Below, piece after piece: positions 35,485 to 51,408 of a stretch of DNA of 64,000 nt (positions are counted from its first letter, which is position 1; each line of letters begins with the position of its first letter). The translations under genes and the position numbers were made by a program. The notes under the pieces are model-generated. The model saw only the letters and a program-made list of their open reading frames with translations, was not told the origin of the DNA and did no database searches. Origin of the DNA: Vicugna vicugna (lineage: Eukaryota); the NCBI GenBank assembly GCA_013265495.1, contig MU057651.1, forward strand, positions 62,001 to 126,000, given 5' to 3'.

Positions 35485-37765
35485 GAAACCTATCTATCAC
35501 CTCTAAAATACTGATGAATATTGATGCAAAAGTCCTCCACAAAATGCTAGCAAACTAAGCCAGCAGCATATTGAAGGGATTTTGCATCATGATGAGTTGG
35601 GATTTATTCACAAAATGAAAGGGTGATTCAACATATGAAAATCAATTAATATAATATACATTCCATTAATATAAGAAAGGAAAAACACATTATCATCTCA
35701 ATTGCATTTGATGAACTCCAACATCCTTTCATAACACAAACACTCAATAAACCAGTAATATAAGAGGATTGTCTTACATTATAAAGGGCACTTATGAGAA
35801 ATTCAATGCTAAATTATACTCAACAGTGAAAGACTGAACTCTTTTCATGTAAGATCAGGAATAAGAAAAGGATGTCTGCTTTCACCAGTATTGTACTAGA
35901 AGTTCCAGCCAGGGAAATTAAACAAGAATAAGAAATTAATTGAATCCAAATTGGGAAAGAAGTATCTTTATTTGCAGATGGCATGACACTATGTATAGAA
36001 AATTCCAAAGAATATACGAGAAGGCTACTAGAGCTAATAAATGTACTTGGCAAATTGCAAGATACAAGATCAGCCATCAAAATTCTGTTGTATTTTTATA
36101 CAGTAGCAATGAACAATCCAAAAATGAAATTAAGAAAACAGTTCTACATACAAAAGCATGAAAAAACCCCAGAATACTTAGGAATAAATTTAACCAAGGA
36201 AGCTCAAGACTTAAACACTGAAAATTACAAAACTAAGGAAATTGATTAAATAAGATCTAAATAAATGGAAAGATACTCCATGTTCATGAATTAGAGAAAA
36301 ATATTAAGGTGGCAATAATTCCCAAAGTTATCTATAGATTCAATACAATTCCTATCAAAACAAGAGCAGTCTATTTTTTCAGAAATGGAAAAGCTAATAG
36401 TAAATTCATAAAGAAATTCAAGAAATCCCAAATACATTTTAAGAAAAGAAAACTTTAGGAAAAAATAAAGTAAAAAAATTCACTCTTTCTTATTTCCAAA
36501 CCCTACAAATTTATAGTAATCAAAATAATATAATAGTGGCACAAGGCTAGATATATAGATAAAAGGAATAGAATTGAGAATGTAGAAATATATGCTCAAC
36601 TGATTTTTGACAAGGATGACAAGTCCATTCAATGGGAGGAAAAATAGATTCTTCAACAAATGGTGATGAGACAACTGGGTATTCACATGCACAAGAAAGA
36701 CGTTAGACCCCTACCTCACATTATATTAAAAAAAAACTCAAAATGGATTAAAGACCTAAATACAGCAGTTGAAACCATAAAAATTTGGCGACAAAACATA
36801 GAAGCAAATCTTCATGATCTTATATTTGGCAATGGATTCATAAAAATGATACCAAAAGCATGAGCAAAATAAAATAGATAAATTGGACTTCATCAAAATT
36901 AAAAACATTTGTGCATCAAACGACACTATAAAGAATGTGAAAAGGAAACCTTCAGAATGGAAGAAATATTTATAAATCTTATATCTGATAAGGGTCTAAT
37001 ATCTAGACTACATAAAGAACTCCTACAAGTCAATAACAAAAAGACAGACACTCTGATTTTAAAATTAACAAAGGACTTTAATTAACTTTTCTCCAAAAAA
37101 GATATACAATTGGTAAATATGTCAACACTATTAGTCATTAGGGAAATGCAAATCAACACCACAATGAGATACCCCTTACACCCATTAGGATGGCTCTAAA
37201 CCATAAAACTGAAAATAACAAGCATTGTCAAGGACATGAAGAAATTGTAACCCTTATAGATTGCTGGTGAGAATATAAAATGGCACAGCCCCTGCAGAAA
37301 AAAGTTTGGCAGTTCTTCAAAAAGTGAAAGATAGAATTACTGTATGATCCGATAATTCCACTCTTAGGAATGTAACCCCGAAGTATTTAAAATAGGTATT
37401 TAAACAAACAGTTGTACACAAATGTTCATGGCAACACTATTCACAAAAGCTAAGTTGGAAACAATCCAAATGTCTATCAATTGATGAACTAATAAATGAA
37501 ATGTAGTATATCTACAAAATAAACTATTATTCAGCCCTAAAAAGGACTAAAGTATTGATACATTTTACAATATGGATGAGCCTTGAAAACATTGTGCCAA
37601 GTAAAAGAATCAAAACACAAATGGTCACATATTGTATGATGATTCCATTTATATGAAATGTCAAAATATGTAAATACATAAAGACAGAAAACAAATTCCT
37701 CTGAATTTTGCTGTGAACCTAAAACTGTTCTTTAAAAAAAAGTTTTTAGCTTTTAAAAAAAGCAT
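35485..37765 (+). mobile_element. 5'-truncated LINE-1 (RT to 3' UTR), L1MB-like
   Basis: tttgcagatggcatgac (decayed FADDM), ggaataaatttaaccaagga (YLGINLTKE), gaaatgcaaatcaacaccacaatgagatac. Confidence 0.85.
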
Positions 37766-37932
37766 ACACAAATGGAATTATACTCCCCCAAAAAGTTAGT
37801 CTCCAGGACTTCTGGATTGATTAATTGCATAGAATGAGAGAGAAGGTGTCAAGTTTGATAGTATGTTGGCTCCAATCACTGAGATAGGGTTCACTAGAAG
37901 AGGAGGAACAGGGTAAAGCAAAGTTATAAGAT

Positions 37933-38056
37933 GGGGAAAGGTATAGCTCAAGTGGTAGAGCGTATGCTTAGTGTGCACAAAAGTCCTGGGTTCAATCCCA
38001 GTACCTCCTCGAAAAATAAATAAAGTAAATAAATTAAACCATCCTCCTCCAAAAAA
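37933..38056 (+). mobile_element. Vic-1-like SINE
   Basis: GGGGAAAGGTATAGCTCAAGTGGTAGAGCGTATGCTTAG...CCTGGGTTCAATCCCAGTACCTCC plus A-rich tail. Flanking repeat AAGTTAT. Confidence 0.88.
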
Positions 38057-40149
38057 GAAGTTATCAGGGCAAAGGGAAGATGGCAAGATCATATTTGGAT
38101 AGATTGGGTTTGAGATGTCTATGGTATATCCAGGTGGGACTATTTGACATATTGTAGACAGAAAAGTGAAAGTATCTTATAACGGGATCTTAGGAAAATA
38201 ACATTTGGGAAGCAATAGAACTCAATGTCTAGGACCACATGCTATGTAGTCAGACAACCTGGATATAAATCCCAGATCTGACTCTTCATTTAGCTGTGTG
38301 AGCATAAGTATGTTATATAACTTCTGTGGACCCCATATCTACATAAAACTTTGGCTAGAATGACCTCCCTACAAAAGTACATATAACCCTGCTTGTAACA
38401 TATGTGCGGACACACACACACACTCAGAGGCAACTTGGATGCAATTTTAGGTAGTTTACAGACTTCTCCAGTGAGAATATGCAGTCTAGGTTAATCAATC
38501 TGGTCAGAAGGTGAGAGTTCCTTGGAAACTGATCTGTCTGGTTCAGAAGCCACTGGGGAGAATGGTCTGGTAGGAAGCAACACTGCAATAAGCCAAAGCT
38601 CCTCTTAGGGCTCTAGAAATGGTAATTTGAGGGTGAAAGGTGCAGCAGATTGCACCTCATAATCCAGGTGGGATACAGTAGATGAAGTCTAGGGCAGCTT
38701 CTACCTGGGCTCTGTGAATTAAGGCAGAGAACAGGCAGACTGGCAGGGGATAGAAGCCGTAGTACAGAGCTTTCCTGATAATCAGAGAATGGTAAACTCT
38801 GGGGGGGTCACTTGTGGCTCCTTGAATTGGAAGATGGTTGAAAGGCCCAATGATCTAAGGGAAAGTGTGAGTGAGGAGGACAGTATACTCATATTCCACA
38901 TCAGAAGCATCTATTTTAAACACCCAAAGCTTTTATTATGTACATAGCCAATCAGACACACTTTGTACTTGGTACAAATTATTGCATGAAAGGTAAAGTT
39001 GTATTTCTATTGAAACCAACAATTTTCTTTAGGAAATGCATTTTTTCCTACCTCGAGCGTTTTCTTTCATCAAATAAAATATCTTTATTAAATTTTCTGA
39101 TTATCAGAATAAGAGAAGTTGATGGGGAAAAGGGAAAGAAAGAAAAAAATATTAAAAAGAAAAATCCCTCCTTAAATTCTATTCATTCCATCTTGACACC
39201 ATGTTCTGTATTAATTTTACGCATGTTTAAAACACAGATAAAAGGAATATCAGTGAATGTTGAGAAAACAAGTAGACGTAGGAGATCGCTGCCTGGGGCG
39301 CGAAGGGAAAAAAGAGAAAATATGTCAGAGAAGATGTGCCAATGGCCAGTAGCCCTAAGAGAAATTATAGCCCTTCTCGGGTAAATAGAGACAGGGAAAT
39401 GAATGTTATAAGGAGGAAGGAACACTTTTGACCTCTCAGATTGGCAAAGACAAACATGTGCGATGTGCGTGAAATAAGAGGGCAGGGATAGAGTGAGGGA
39501 AAATTGGTGACTGGCATCCACTGGTGACTTAACCTTCCCATAACGAACAACTGAATTATGTTGACATAGTTCTAGTCCCATAAAGTCTCTGAGGTACTAG
39601 TTCACTTTTGTCCCAGAAACAAGAAAAAGAATGGAAGGAGCAATTAAGTGCTGTGAAACTCTGTGGGTATAGTATGTCAAAACGTTGATTATAATAGTAC
39701 ACGGAAAGGATACAAAGAAACAAATCAAAATATTCACCGTTACTTGAACATTGTATTCAGAGAATAAATCTAATTAATTTATGTTTACGAGTGCTAAGAC
39801 TCATAGGTTTTTCATATTTTAACATTTCTGAAATTGGAATGTATTTTACAGTGGATGTTTACATGGAATTGTTTTTCCTGAAAAGAATATTGAAATTAAG
39901 TGATATATCTTACAATTAAAGACATTTTTGGTTCAAGGAAATATAAGATTTTTTAATGAATAAAATAGACATAAAAATGACTAATTTTTTTGTAAGTGTG
40001 TTTGGAGATAAGCTGGTGAAATAAAATTTTTGTTTTCAAAAATTCAAATTGTGGAAATATGGACAAAATCAGCTACTTGTGATGGGAGAGGAAAAATAGA
40101 TTAGGAATAAAGATCAAAGTTTTCTTTGAGTATTTTTTTATTTTTAATA

Positions 40150-41790
40150 AAGCTAAAGCTCTTTTTGTAAATATTGTGATTTCCATTGGGATTGTATTGA
40201 ATCTATACAACAATTTGAAGAGCTTGTCATCTCTTGGCTGTTAATGCATTTATGTATTCTTTTATGTAAGTATTCATTAAGTACTCTCGTTAATATTTTG
40301 TAGTTCACTGTGTAGAGGTATCACACATCTTTGTTAGAATTACTCCCAAGTATTTGATAGTCTCTTACACAATTGTAAATGGTATATTTTTATTTCTTTT
40401 TCTAATAGTTTGTTAATGATACATACAAATATGATTCAATGTTGAATAGTGATATTGTACCCAGCTACTTGCTAAATTTACTTATTAATACTTACAGTAT
40501 GCCTGCAAATTCTTTTGGAATTTGTATATAACAATCATGTTGCCTGCAAATAATTAACAGCTTTATTTCTTCCTTTTCAATTTTTTTTCTTATCTTTTTG
40601 TGTAGGCTACGACTTACAATACATTTTTTAAAATAGAAGTGATGAAAGGAATCTCTGTCTCCACCACTCCATCAAGTGAAAAACCCTCCATTTTGTACCA
40701 TTAAAGTATCAAGGTTGTTGAAGATTTATTAATTGTTATTATTATTTAAGATTCTCTTTATCATATTAAAGAAGTTACCTACTGTTTTTAGTTGATAAGG
40801 AGGTTTTTTTTATTATAAATGAGAGGGTTGCTTATTCACATTCTGATTGCCTTTGAAGCACAAAAGTTTTTAATTTTGTTGATGTCCTGCTTGCCTTATC
40901 TTTTCATTTGTTGCTTGTGCTTTAGAGATTGTATCTAAAGAACCATTGCCTAGTCCAAGGTCACAAAGATTTACACCTATGTTTTCTTCTAAGAGTTTTG
41001 TTGTTTCAGCTTTTATATTTAAGTCTTTGGTCTATTCTGAGCTAAATTTTACATATGGTGTGATGTAAGGGTCCAATCTCATTCTTCTGGATATCTGTTC
41101 TCCAAGAATCGCTTGTTAAAAAGACAATTTTCCCCCTTTGAATGGGCTTGACACTCTTATCTAAAATCAATTGACTATAGATGTATGGGTTTATGTCTGA
41201 GTCTTCAATTCTGTTCCACTGATCTCTGTGTCTGTCCTTACGCTGGTATTACACTGATGACTGTAGCTTTGCAGAGAATTTTGAAATCACGACGTGTGAG
41301 ATCTCCTACTTTGCTCTTTTTCAAGACTGTTTTGGTTTTTGGGGATCCCTTTAATTTCCATATGAATTTTAGGATCAGTTTATCAATTTATGCAAAATGG
41401 TAGCAGGATTTTGATAAAGATTGTATTGAAATTTCTTTCAAAAATATTATGTAGTTTTCAGAATATGAGTTTGCACTTCTTTTGCCAAATTTATTCCAAC
41501 ATATTTTATTCTTTTTTTCCATGAATGTTGATAGTAGGTGTAGTTTTTTGATGCTATTTTTATTTTTTTAATTTTGGGGGGTAATTAGGTTTATTTATTT
41601 ATTTACTTACTTAATGGAGGTAGTGAGGATTGAACCCAGGACCTTCTGCATGCTAAATACATGCTCTACCACTGAGCTGTACCCTCCCCACCTTTTGATG
41701 CTAATTTAAATGGATTTTTCTTAGTTTTATTTTCAGTGTTCTCACTGATACTGTATTGAAATATAATTGATTTTTGTTTCAAGTAAAATC
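40150..41790 (-). mobile_element. Old LINE-1 ORF2 fragments
   Basis: Antisense ORF2 motifs (ccattgcctagtccaaggtcacaaagatttacacctatgttttcttctaagagtttt). Boundaries approximate. Confidence 0.7.
41557..41692 (-). mobile_element. Vic-1-like SINE
   Basis: Antisense gggagggtacagctcagtggtagagcatg...gtcctgggttcaatcc. TSD TTTTGATGCTA on both sides. Confidence 0.88.
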
Positions 41791-42110
41791 TTACTCTATT
41801 CTCCTTTAAAACAGACATTCACTGCTTACTTAAATCTTCTCTAAGAAATAGCACAAATTGAGTATAGCAACTAAGAGAAGTAATGGCCAAAAGTGAGTAC
41901 AAATAAAAATTCAGTCAACAGGTTGAATACTGAAAGAAGCAACATAGTAACAACAGATTTTTAGATCGTCTGTATTTTGTGGGTTTTATTTTGGTAAAAC
42001 ATTTATAAAATAAAACTTTCCATTTACACCATTCTTAAGTGTACAAATCAGTGGCACTGATTACATTTACAATATTGCGCAACTATCACTCCTATTTCTA
42101 AAACTATTTC

Positions 42111-43272
<1,162 letters not shown>

Positions 43273-44780
43273 TAAAACTATTTCGTCAACTCAAGCAGAA
43301 ACTCTGTACCCAGTAAGCAATAACTTCCCTTTACCCTCCCTCCCCCTAGTCCCTGGTAACCTCCAGTCTCCTATACGTCTCTGTTAATTTGCCTGTTTTA
43401 GATATTTTATATCCATGGAATCATACATACGATATTGTCCTTTTGTGTCTGGCTTACTGCTTTTAGAATTTTTTTTTAATTCATCCATGCTGTCAGCATG
43501 CTTCAGAACTTCATTTTATGAATGAATGCTATTCAATTGTATGTGTAGACTACATTTTGTTTATACATTCTTCTGTTGATGGGAACTTGAATTTTTTCCA
43601 CCTTTTACCTATTTGAATAATGCTGCAATGGACATTCATGAACAAGTGTATGTTTGTGTTCCTGTTTTCAATTTTCTTAGGGATATACCTAAAAATGAAC
43701 TTGCTGAGTCACATGGTAATTCCGTTTAACTTTTTGAAGAACTGTCAAAGTGTTTTCCATAGCAGCTTTACTATGTTGCATTCCCACCAGCAATGCTCAA
43801 GTGTTCCAATTCTCCACATCCTTGCCAAGACTTGCTATTTTCCATTTTTTCCCTTGATTATAGATATTCTACTGGATGTGAAGTGGTATCTCATGCTTTT
43901 ACTTTGCATTTTGTTATGATAAATGATGTTGAACACCTTTTCATATGCTTATTGGTCAGTCTCCAAAGTTTCCAAAGTATATCTTCTTTGGAGATTCAAG
44001 TCATCTCACCATTCTTAATTTGCTTGTCTTCTTGTTGAGTTGTAGGGTTTCCTTTTGTGTTCTGAATATTAAGCCATTGAATTGTGGTCAGAGGAGATAC
44101 TTTGTATTATCCTAATCTTTTCAAATGTATTGAGACTTGTTTTGTGGTCTAAATGATGTTCTATCCTGAAGAAGTTTCCATGTGCACTTAAGAAGAACGT
44201 TTATTCTGCTGTTGTTATGTGGCATGTTTTATACGTTTGTTAGGCCTAGTTGGTTTATAGTGTTGTTAAATAAGACTTCTGTCTTTAATGATCTTTTGTC
44301 TAGATGTGATATCCATTACTGAAATTGGGGTGTTGAAGTCTCCAAGTAGTAGTTTAGAACTGCCTATTTCTCCCTTCAATTCTGTCATGTTTGCTTCATA
44401 TATTCTGGGGCTCTATTGTTCCATATATACATGCTTATAATTGTTTTATTGATGAATTTAACTTTTTATCAATGTATAAAGTCCTTCCTTGTCTCTTGTG
44501 ACTCTTTTAAACTTAGAGTCTATTTTGTTTAATAATCCTATAAATATACAGCTCTCTTTGGGTTACTATTTGCATGAAATATGTTTTACCATTCTTTCAA
44601 TCTATATGTGTCTTTAAATCTAAAGTGAGTCTCTTATAGACAGCATGTATAGTTAGAGCATGGTTTTTATCCATCCTGGCAATATGTCTTTTGATTAGAG
44701 AGTTTAATGCATTTACTTTTCAAGTAATTACTGATAAGGAAGAACTTCTACCATTTATTTCTGTATGCCTTATACATTTT
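43273..44780 (-). mobile_element. LINE-1 (L1MB-like 3' end, resuming from 42010-42110) plus an ORF2 fragment; host of the PAPOLA retrocopy
   Basis: The L1 3' UTR sequence is continuous across the retrocopy TSD (gcaactatcact...aaaactatttc / gtcaactcaagcagaaactctgtaccc). Confidence 0.8.
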
Positions 44781-44828
44781 GGGGGCCTCTTTCCTGTGCA
44801 TGGGTCTCATGTTCCTGTTTCTTTGCAT

Positions 44829-45198
44829 TGACAAGGACTCCCTTCTTGACCAAATTTTAATCAACTCCTTTGAGTGGTCTTCTTGACTTGGCCCTGTCCT
44901 TGGGCTGTCAAGAACAGTTTTTAGTAAAGAATCCTGTTGAGCCCAGTTCTAGCAAAAATCCTGCAAAGACAGTTTAGCAAGAATCCTCCCACACTTGAAA
45001 TTCAATTAATTTCTTCTGCTCATCACTCTAAATACCTTATCAATTTGCTTTTGGTAATTTTTAATCTAATGACTCCCTTTCCCTGCCTGCTGATTATAAA
45101 TACCCTGCTATCACTGTTGTGTTCAGAGTTGAGTTCAATCTCAAGGAAAAAGTCTTCCTTTGATATTTAACTCTGTCCATTGTAATTTTTCTTTGACA
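44829..45198 (+). mobile_element. ERV1 solo LTR, MER31-like
   Basis: TGACAAGGACTCCCTTCTTGACCAAA start, repeated tagcaagaatcct motifs, TATA (ttataaat), and end tttttctttgaCA. Confidence 0.75.
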
Positions 45199-45199
45199 G

Positions 45200-47850
45200 T
45201 ATATTTTATACTTTTTGTTGAAATCTGTATGGTTTAGGTAATAAATTTTAGCATCTTTGGATGCTGATTCACTTCCCTCTTTTCCTTACTCCTTGTTTTG
45301 GTTGTTGTTTCCTCATTTGTTTTGTGACTGGGCTAGGCTATGTTAGTGAAGCCTATCTCCTCCGCTGTGTGAAACGTTTGGTATCGCTCTTCAAATGGTG
45401 CAAACTTGGGCACATACACAGGCATCCTGGGATTACAAGTGGTTTTTACCAACACTCTTTTTGACTATCTCTTTCTCTGATCTCCTTGTTAAACTGTCTG
45501 CTTCATTTGGTATTACATTTGGACTTTTAAGCTCTGCTAATTATAGACTGATTGCTCTGTTGTTTTCAACAAAGCCTTGGGGCATTATATGCTCAACAGT
45601 CTGATCTTATTAAATTCAGTCAGGAGTAGCTTTTGAGGCCAGTCTTTGAAGTTTATTCTGACCCCCAGCAAATTCTTCTTTACTGACTCGTTCCCTGATT
45701 TTCTCCGTGTACTAGCTGACCTATGGTTTAACTTATTGTTCTTAATGAAGGGAAGCGTTTTGCTTTCTAGTATGTCTTTAAGCTTGATCTTCACCAGACT
45801 GTGCTTCAAATGGTCAGTTCTTTTGGGGAGAGCTTAGGAGCCCTCTGTTTTTAAGGACTGCTTCTTTCCCAGCGCAAAGACTCTGAGCTGCTTATGCTAG
45901 GTAGGGCAGTAGCCTCTGGGTTTTTTGGCTTGCTTCTCCTGAGGTAGAACCTCTGCTCTAAGAGCAAGCTGGGATAAGGGCAATCAGGGCCCATATATTC
46001 TTGGTCTGCCACTGTTGGGTAGAGCCTTTGCTCTATATGTAGTGACTGGTTAAAAGAAGGGAATCCATGACCTCTTGGCTATAGTCACCAAGAACTTAGC
46101 CTTTTCAACTCTAATTTAGAGGGAATGAGAAATGCTGGGGCATGCCCTCCCAGTGAGATATCATATTTTTTGACTGGGAGCTGATGGGAAAGGGAACCCT
46201 GTCTTCTTGGCCAGGTCTGTCCAGAACAGAGTTTATTTTAAGCTGAGATAGGGGTGGAAAGGAAGGAGGAAGAAGGTCTTTGTTCAAATACCATAAACCC
46301 TTGCTATTTTTGCCAAGTTTTAGTAGATTTTTCTTGAGTTAATATTTCTTCATTTGCTGTTTTCCCTTAGGACAATTTCTAGAGACATTAAATGTTTTTA
46401 TTAGGGTTTTTTTTTTCTGTTTTGCTTGTTTTGCTCTCAAGTGGGTCTTCATAGATCCTTCTTCTGTCATCCCCAAAGTGGACATTATGTCACATTTTAA
46501 ATTGCAATTCAAGTCATTTTGTAGATATGAGACTGTTCAGATTTTCTAGTTTCTCTTTTTTCCTGTTTGGTAAGCTGTGTCTTTTAATAAATCCATACAT
46601 TTAATCTAAATTCTTAAATTTGATGATATGAAGTTGCTCATATTATCCTTTTATTATCTTTTTAAAATCTGTAGAATATGTACTGTTCTCTCTTTCATCC
46701 CTGACATTTATTTTGTGTTTTCTCTCTTTTTTTCTTAATCAATTTTTTAGAGGGTTTTGATTTTATTAGTATGTACATAGAATCAAATTTTGTCTGTTTC
46801 TTCCTTTTGTATACTTACTTTCTCTTTGATTAATTTCTATTCTTAATTATTTCTTGCCCTTAGAATTGTGTCCTAGGATTTATGTTGGTTTTTTCTCCAA
46901 AATGTATTGACAAGCAAACTTGGATCATTGATATTTTTCAGCCTTTCTTCTTTCCTAATGTATGCATTTAGAAACATAGAATTTATTACTAAGCACAGGT
47001 AGCTGCTTCCCACAAGTTTTCGTATGCTGTGTTTTCATTATCACTCAATTAAAAATAGTGCTAAATTTGATTGTCATTTCTGTTTTTACCCATGAGAATT
47101 ATACTGATTAATTTCCAAACACTTTGAGATTTTCTTGTTGTTATCCATTTATTAATTCTTAGCTTTATTCATCTGTCATCAGAGAACATATTCTGAATTA
47201 TTTCAATAATTTGAAATTTGTTGATATTTGGTTAATGGATACGGTAGAAGGTCAAATTTTAGCAAATGTCCCATTTCCCTAGAAAAGAATTTATACTCTG
47301 CAATTGTAGGTTGTATTAGTCTATATATGTAAATTAGGTCAAATTTGTTAGTTTTGTTGCTTAAATCTTCAGTAATTCTACTAATATTTTTTCTGATTCT
47401 TCTATCAATGTTTTGTAGAGGTATATTTGCATGTCCCACAATGATTTTAGATTTCTCTATTTCTTCTTTTATTCTGATATTTTTTGTATATATGTTAAAG
47501 CAATGTTATTAGAAGCATACAGATTTAGAATTTTAGTGCCTTAATATTAGCTTGGCCATTTTATCATTATAAAAAATATCTCTTTATCTCTAGTAATATT
47601 TCTTGCCTTAAGGCCTACTTTGTTGGATATTTTCATAGCTGCATCAGCTTCTCTTTGGTTAAGGCACAAATGCACTATTTTTTCCATCTTTCTGTGTCCT
47701 TACATTTAAGGTATGTCTAAGAGGCATATAATTTATTATTTTTATCTAGTCTGATTTGAAGTGTTCAGTCTGTTTACATCCACTCTAATTATTGACATAT
47801 GTTTGTTTATGTTACTATTTGTTTTCTATTTGATCCTCTTGTTCTATGTT
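45200..47850 (-). mobile_element. Old LINE-1 fragments (5' region and ORF2 endonuclease region)
   Basis: ORF 47203-47439 (IDRRIRKNISRITEDLSNKTNKFDLIYIYRLIQPTIAEYKFFS) is L1 endonuclease-like. Boundaries approximate. Confidence 0.7.
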
Positions 47851-49380
47851 CCTATTGACTAAATTAGAACAGGAGTTCTTAATAGAGGAAACTTGTCGAC
47901 TCCATAAACTTGTGTTCAAAATTATGTGCACGTATGTGGGCGGAGGTGGATATTTTCATTTCTTCAAGGTATATGCATGGCTGAGGAGAGACTGTAGTTC
48001 ACATTAGTTTCAGAAAGGAGTTTGCTATCATGGGTAAAATTTTGATGTCTTTACTGATATTTTTCTGATTGTACTATTAGTTACCAAGAAACTCACATTA
48101 TTCTTTCTCACCATAATTATGCATTTTTCTACTTGTCCCATTATTCTAATTTTTATTTTTTGCTTAGTGTCTTTAGCTGCATATAAATAAAGAATTCTGA
48201 TACCATCCTGGTAAATTGAGTTTTTTTCTTTATTAATGTCCCTCTTTACCTATATAAATGCCCATTGCCTTGAATTCCACCTTATTTGATATTTAAAAAG
48301 CAATACCAGTGTTCTTATAGATACAACTTTCATAGTATAACTTTCGACATTCTCTTAGGCTCACTCTTTCTCTGTTCTTATATTCAATGTGAATCTTATA
48401 CAATTATCTTATAGTTTTATTTTTACTTGAAATACTGAGGGACAGAATGGAGATTTAGACCCAACTAGAACTGACAGGTTCCAGCACCTGGACTCTTAGA
48501 GCTTGAGCTATATTGCTTCCCTAAATATTGCGAGTCTTCTCTCTTCTCAGTCTCCGTGCTCTCCTTAACTGAGCCATTCACTTCTGCAGTTGTCACTACA
48601 GTCTTAGTGATAAGGACACCCAGTTCCACATGTCTAGCCCAAAATACTCTTTGGCTCTACAGACTTTAATCCAACTCTCTAGTGGAACTCCCCTCCTAAA
48701 TGTCCCAAGGGTACCTCAATCTCAACAGGTCCAAAATTTGTTCCACCATTAGTCGAGAGTAACCCTGTTTCTTTGTCCTAGGCTTTCCTGCTCAGTGATG
48801 TTTAAGCTGCAATGCTGGCTTTGTTCACAAGGTGGCCCTTTACTCTACTTTTTAATTTTCTTCAATAGACATCCAAGTCTTGTTAAAAGAGAAAAATGAA
48901 TCTGTCATTATTTTAAAAAACAAGTTTAAGAGGTATTATTTATCCCACAATACCTATTTGTTTTTGAAAATGTGTATGAATCAAAAAGATTGAAGAAATC
49001 TATTTGGCACATTTCTCTCCCATGAAACATGCATTCATACAACAAATGTCTATCTTCTCCCTTTGCTGACAGGTGTCAAATTTCTACCAGATGGCTTTTC
49101 TGTGTCCTTGCTTCTACTTCCCGATAGTTTCTGCTCCCTCCTAATTTCATCTTCCTTATAACTTGGGATAATTATGATGATCTCTCAAGTACTCAATGTT
49201 AGGGACTCCATTTTTTTTTCCTTTTACTTTTTTTTCCTTTTTGGTTCCCAACATTAATTGCCTGATTACCTCCATGATGCCCAGTTTTATTCAATGTAAG
49301 GGAGAACATGATTCCCTTTAGAAGAAACAACAGGACTGGAATTTGCCACTACTAAAATATTTTCAAAAAAACAACATATT

Positions 49381-50217
49381 TAGGCACATGAAAAAATGCT
49401 CAATCACTAATTATCAGAGAAATGCAAATCAAAACTACATTGAGGTATCACCTCACACCAGTCAGAATGTCCACAAATGACAAATGCTGGAGAGGCTGTG
49501 GAGAAAAGGGAACCCTCCTTCACTGCTGGTGGGAATGCAGTTTGGTGCAACCACTGTGGAAAACAGTATGGAGAGTCCTCAAAAGACTAGGAATAGACTT
49601 ACTGTATGACCCAGGAATCCCGCTCCAGGGCATATATCCAGAAGGAACCCTACTTCAAAATGACACCTGCACGCCAATGTTCATAGCAGCACTATTTACA
49701 ATAGCCAAGACACGGAAACAGCCTAAATGTCCATCAACAGATGACTGGATAAAAAAGAGGTGGTATATTAATACAATGGAATACTATTCAGCCATAAAAA
49801 TGACAACATAATGCCATTTGCAGCAACATAGATGTCCCCGGAGAATATCATTCTAAGTGAAGTAAGCCAGAAAGAGAAAGAAAAATACCATATGAGATCA
49901 CTCATATGTGGAATCTTAAAAAAAAAAGACATAAATACAAAACAGAAACAGAATCATAGACATAGAATACAAACTTGTGGTTGCCCAGGGGGCGGGAGGG
50001 ATGGAAAGGGACAGACTGGGATTTCAAATGTAGAATAGATAAACAAGATTGTACTGTGTAGCACTGGGAAGTATTTACAGGATCTTGCGGTGGCTCATAG
50101 TGAAAGAGAATGTGACAATGAATGTATGTATGTTCATGTATAACTGAAAAATTGTGCTCTACACTGGAATTTGACATAACATTGTACAATGACTCAATAA
50201 AAAATGTTTAAAAAAAC
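49381..50217 (+). mobile_element. Young camelid-type LINE-1 3' fragment
   Basis: ORF 49422-49811 [16 protein letters not shown]...[17 protein letters not shown]. The 3' UTR is closely similar to the element at 10183-10917. Confidence 0.9.
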
Positions 50218-50309
50218 ATTATTTCAAAATCATATTTAAGAAAATAGGTGGCTGTCTCCAGTTGTTCCAATCACTGCTTTAGAGAATTTATTATTTGTCT
50301 TGTTCGGAG

Positions 50310-50560
50310 GCTGAGAGCACTGACTCTGGAGTTTGGGTTATATGCTGGTTTTACAACTTACTAGCTTTACAACTTCAAGAAATTTACTTAACTTCTATGT
50401 GCCTCAATTTCCTCCTATGTGAAGTGGATACGTTGATAGTATAGCCCTCACAGATTTCTCCTGAGGAATGGATCGATTAGTACCTGTAAATAGTTTAGAA
50501 CACTGACTCAAATAAGGTACACCCTAAAAATATGTTATGAATATTATTACATTAACATTA
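50310..50560 (+). mobile_element. MIR SINE
   Basis: agagcactgactctggag...cttactagct...tttacttaacttctatgtgcctcaatttcctc matches the MIR core. Confidence 0.7.
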
Positions 50561-51048
50561 TTTACTGCGTGTTCCAAATTAACATGATGAGATATATATA
50601 TATATTCAGAATTGTTTTAATGGCAATACAATTGAAACTGTACAAAAATATATAAAAATCTGACATTGACACAAATACCAATAGAAAAATTACCTTTTAT
50701 CACACATCCATTCCCAAATGTCACTGGTGTTGAATTCCTTTCTGTCTTTTTCTGTTTGTGTATGCACATTCCCATATCTATTCATACACCTTACTTTCTT
50801 GATTATTAGATAATAGCTTCAGCAACATACACCATTAATTCAGTAACACCTTCGAGAAAAAATAAAAAATCACATAAAATTTTCACACTTATTTTATGAT
50901 GTATCCCAATATGAGAAATGTTGAACAATTTTAAAAAATCGATCCTGACATAGAATAAGACAGTTTAGGTCATGCAATATATGCATTGCTAGGATCCCTG
51001 ATATTTTGTTGTATTTCCTTGTAGTCTTTTTCTAGGCCTATTTGTACT

Positions 51049-51408
51049 TACTACAGACTGAATGCTTGTGTCCCTTGAAATTCATATTTTGAAACCTAAT
51101 CCCTACTGTGGTGGCAATTGGAGGTTGGGCCTTTGAAAGAGGATTAATTCCTGAGGGTGAAGCCCTCATGAATTGGATTAGTGCCATTGTAAAAGGGGCC
51201 CTAGAAATCTTCCTTGCTTCTTCCACAATCTGAGGGCCCAGGGAGATTGCAGTCTATGAATCAGGAAGCACGCCCCCTCCAAAAACCAAATCTGCCGGCA
51301 CCTTGATCTTGGACTTCCTGCCTCCAGACCAGGGAAAAATAAATTTCTGTGAATTAAGCCATCCAGTCTATGGTATTTTTGTTATTGCAGCCTGAATGCA
51401 CTAAGGCA
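51049..51408 (+). mobile_element. MaLR solo LTR, MLT1A-like
   Basis: gagggtgaagccctcatgaattggattagtgcc...ccggcaccttgatcttggacttcc...ctaaggCA. 5-bp TSD GTACT at 51044-51048 and 51409-51413. Confidence 0.88.

Noticed and set aside
37933..38010. tRNA-like sequences with A and B boxes (also at 21.2, 27.5, 41.6, 57.4 and 61.9 kb)
   Set aside because: A-rich tails, TSDs and divergence identify them as tRNA-derived SINEs, not tRNA genes.
38938..39581. 148-aa and 132-aa opposed ORFs in unique sequence
   Set aside because: No recognisable homology, low-complexity K/F/L-rich content, and no supporting gene structure.
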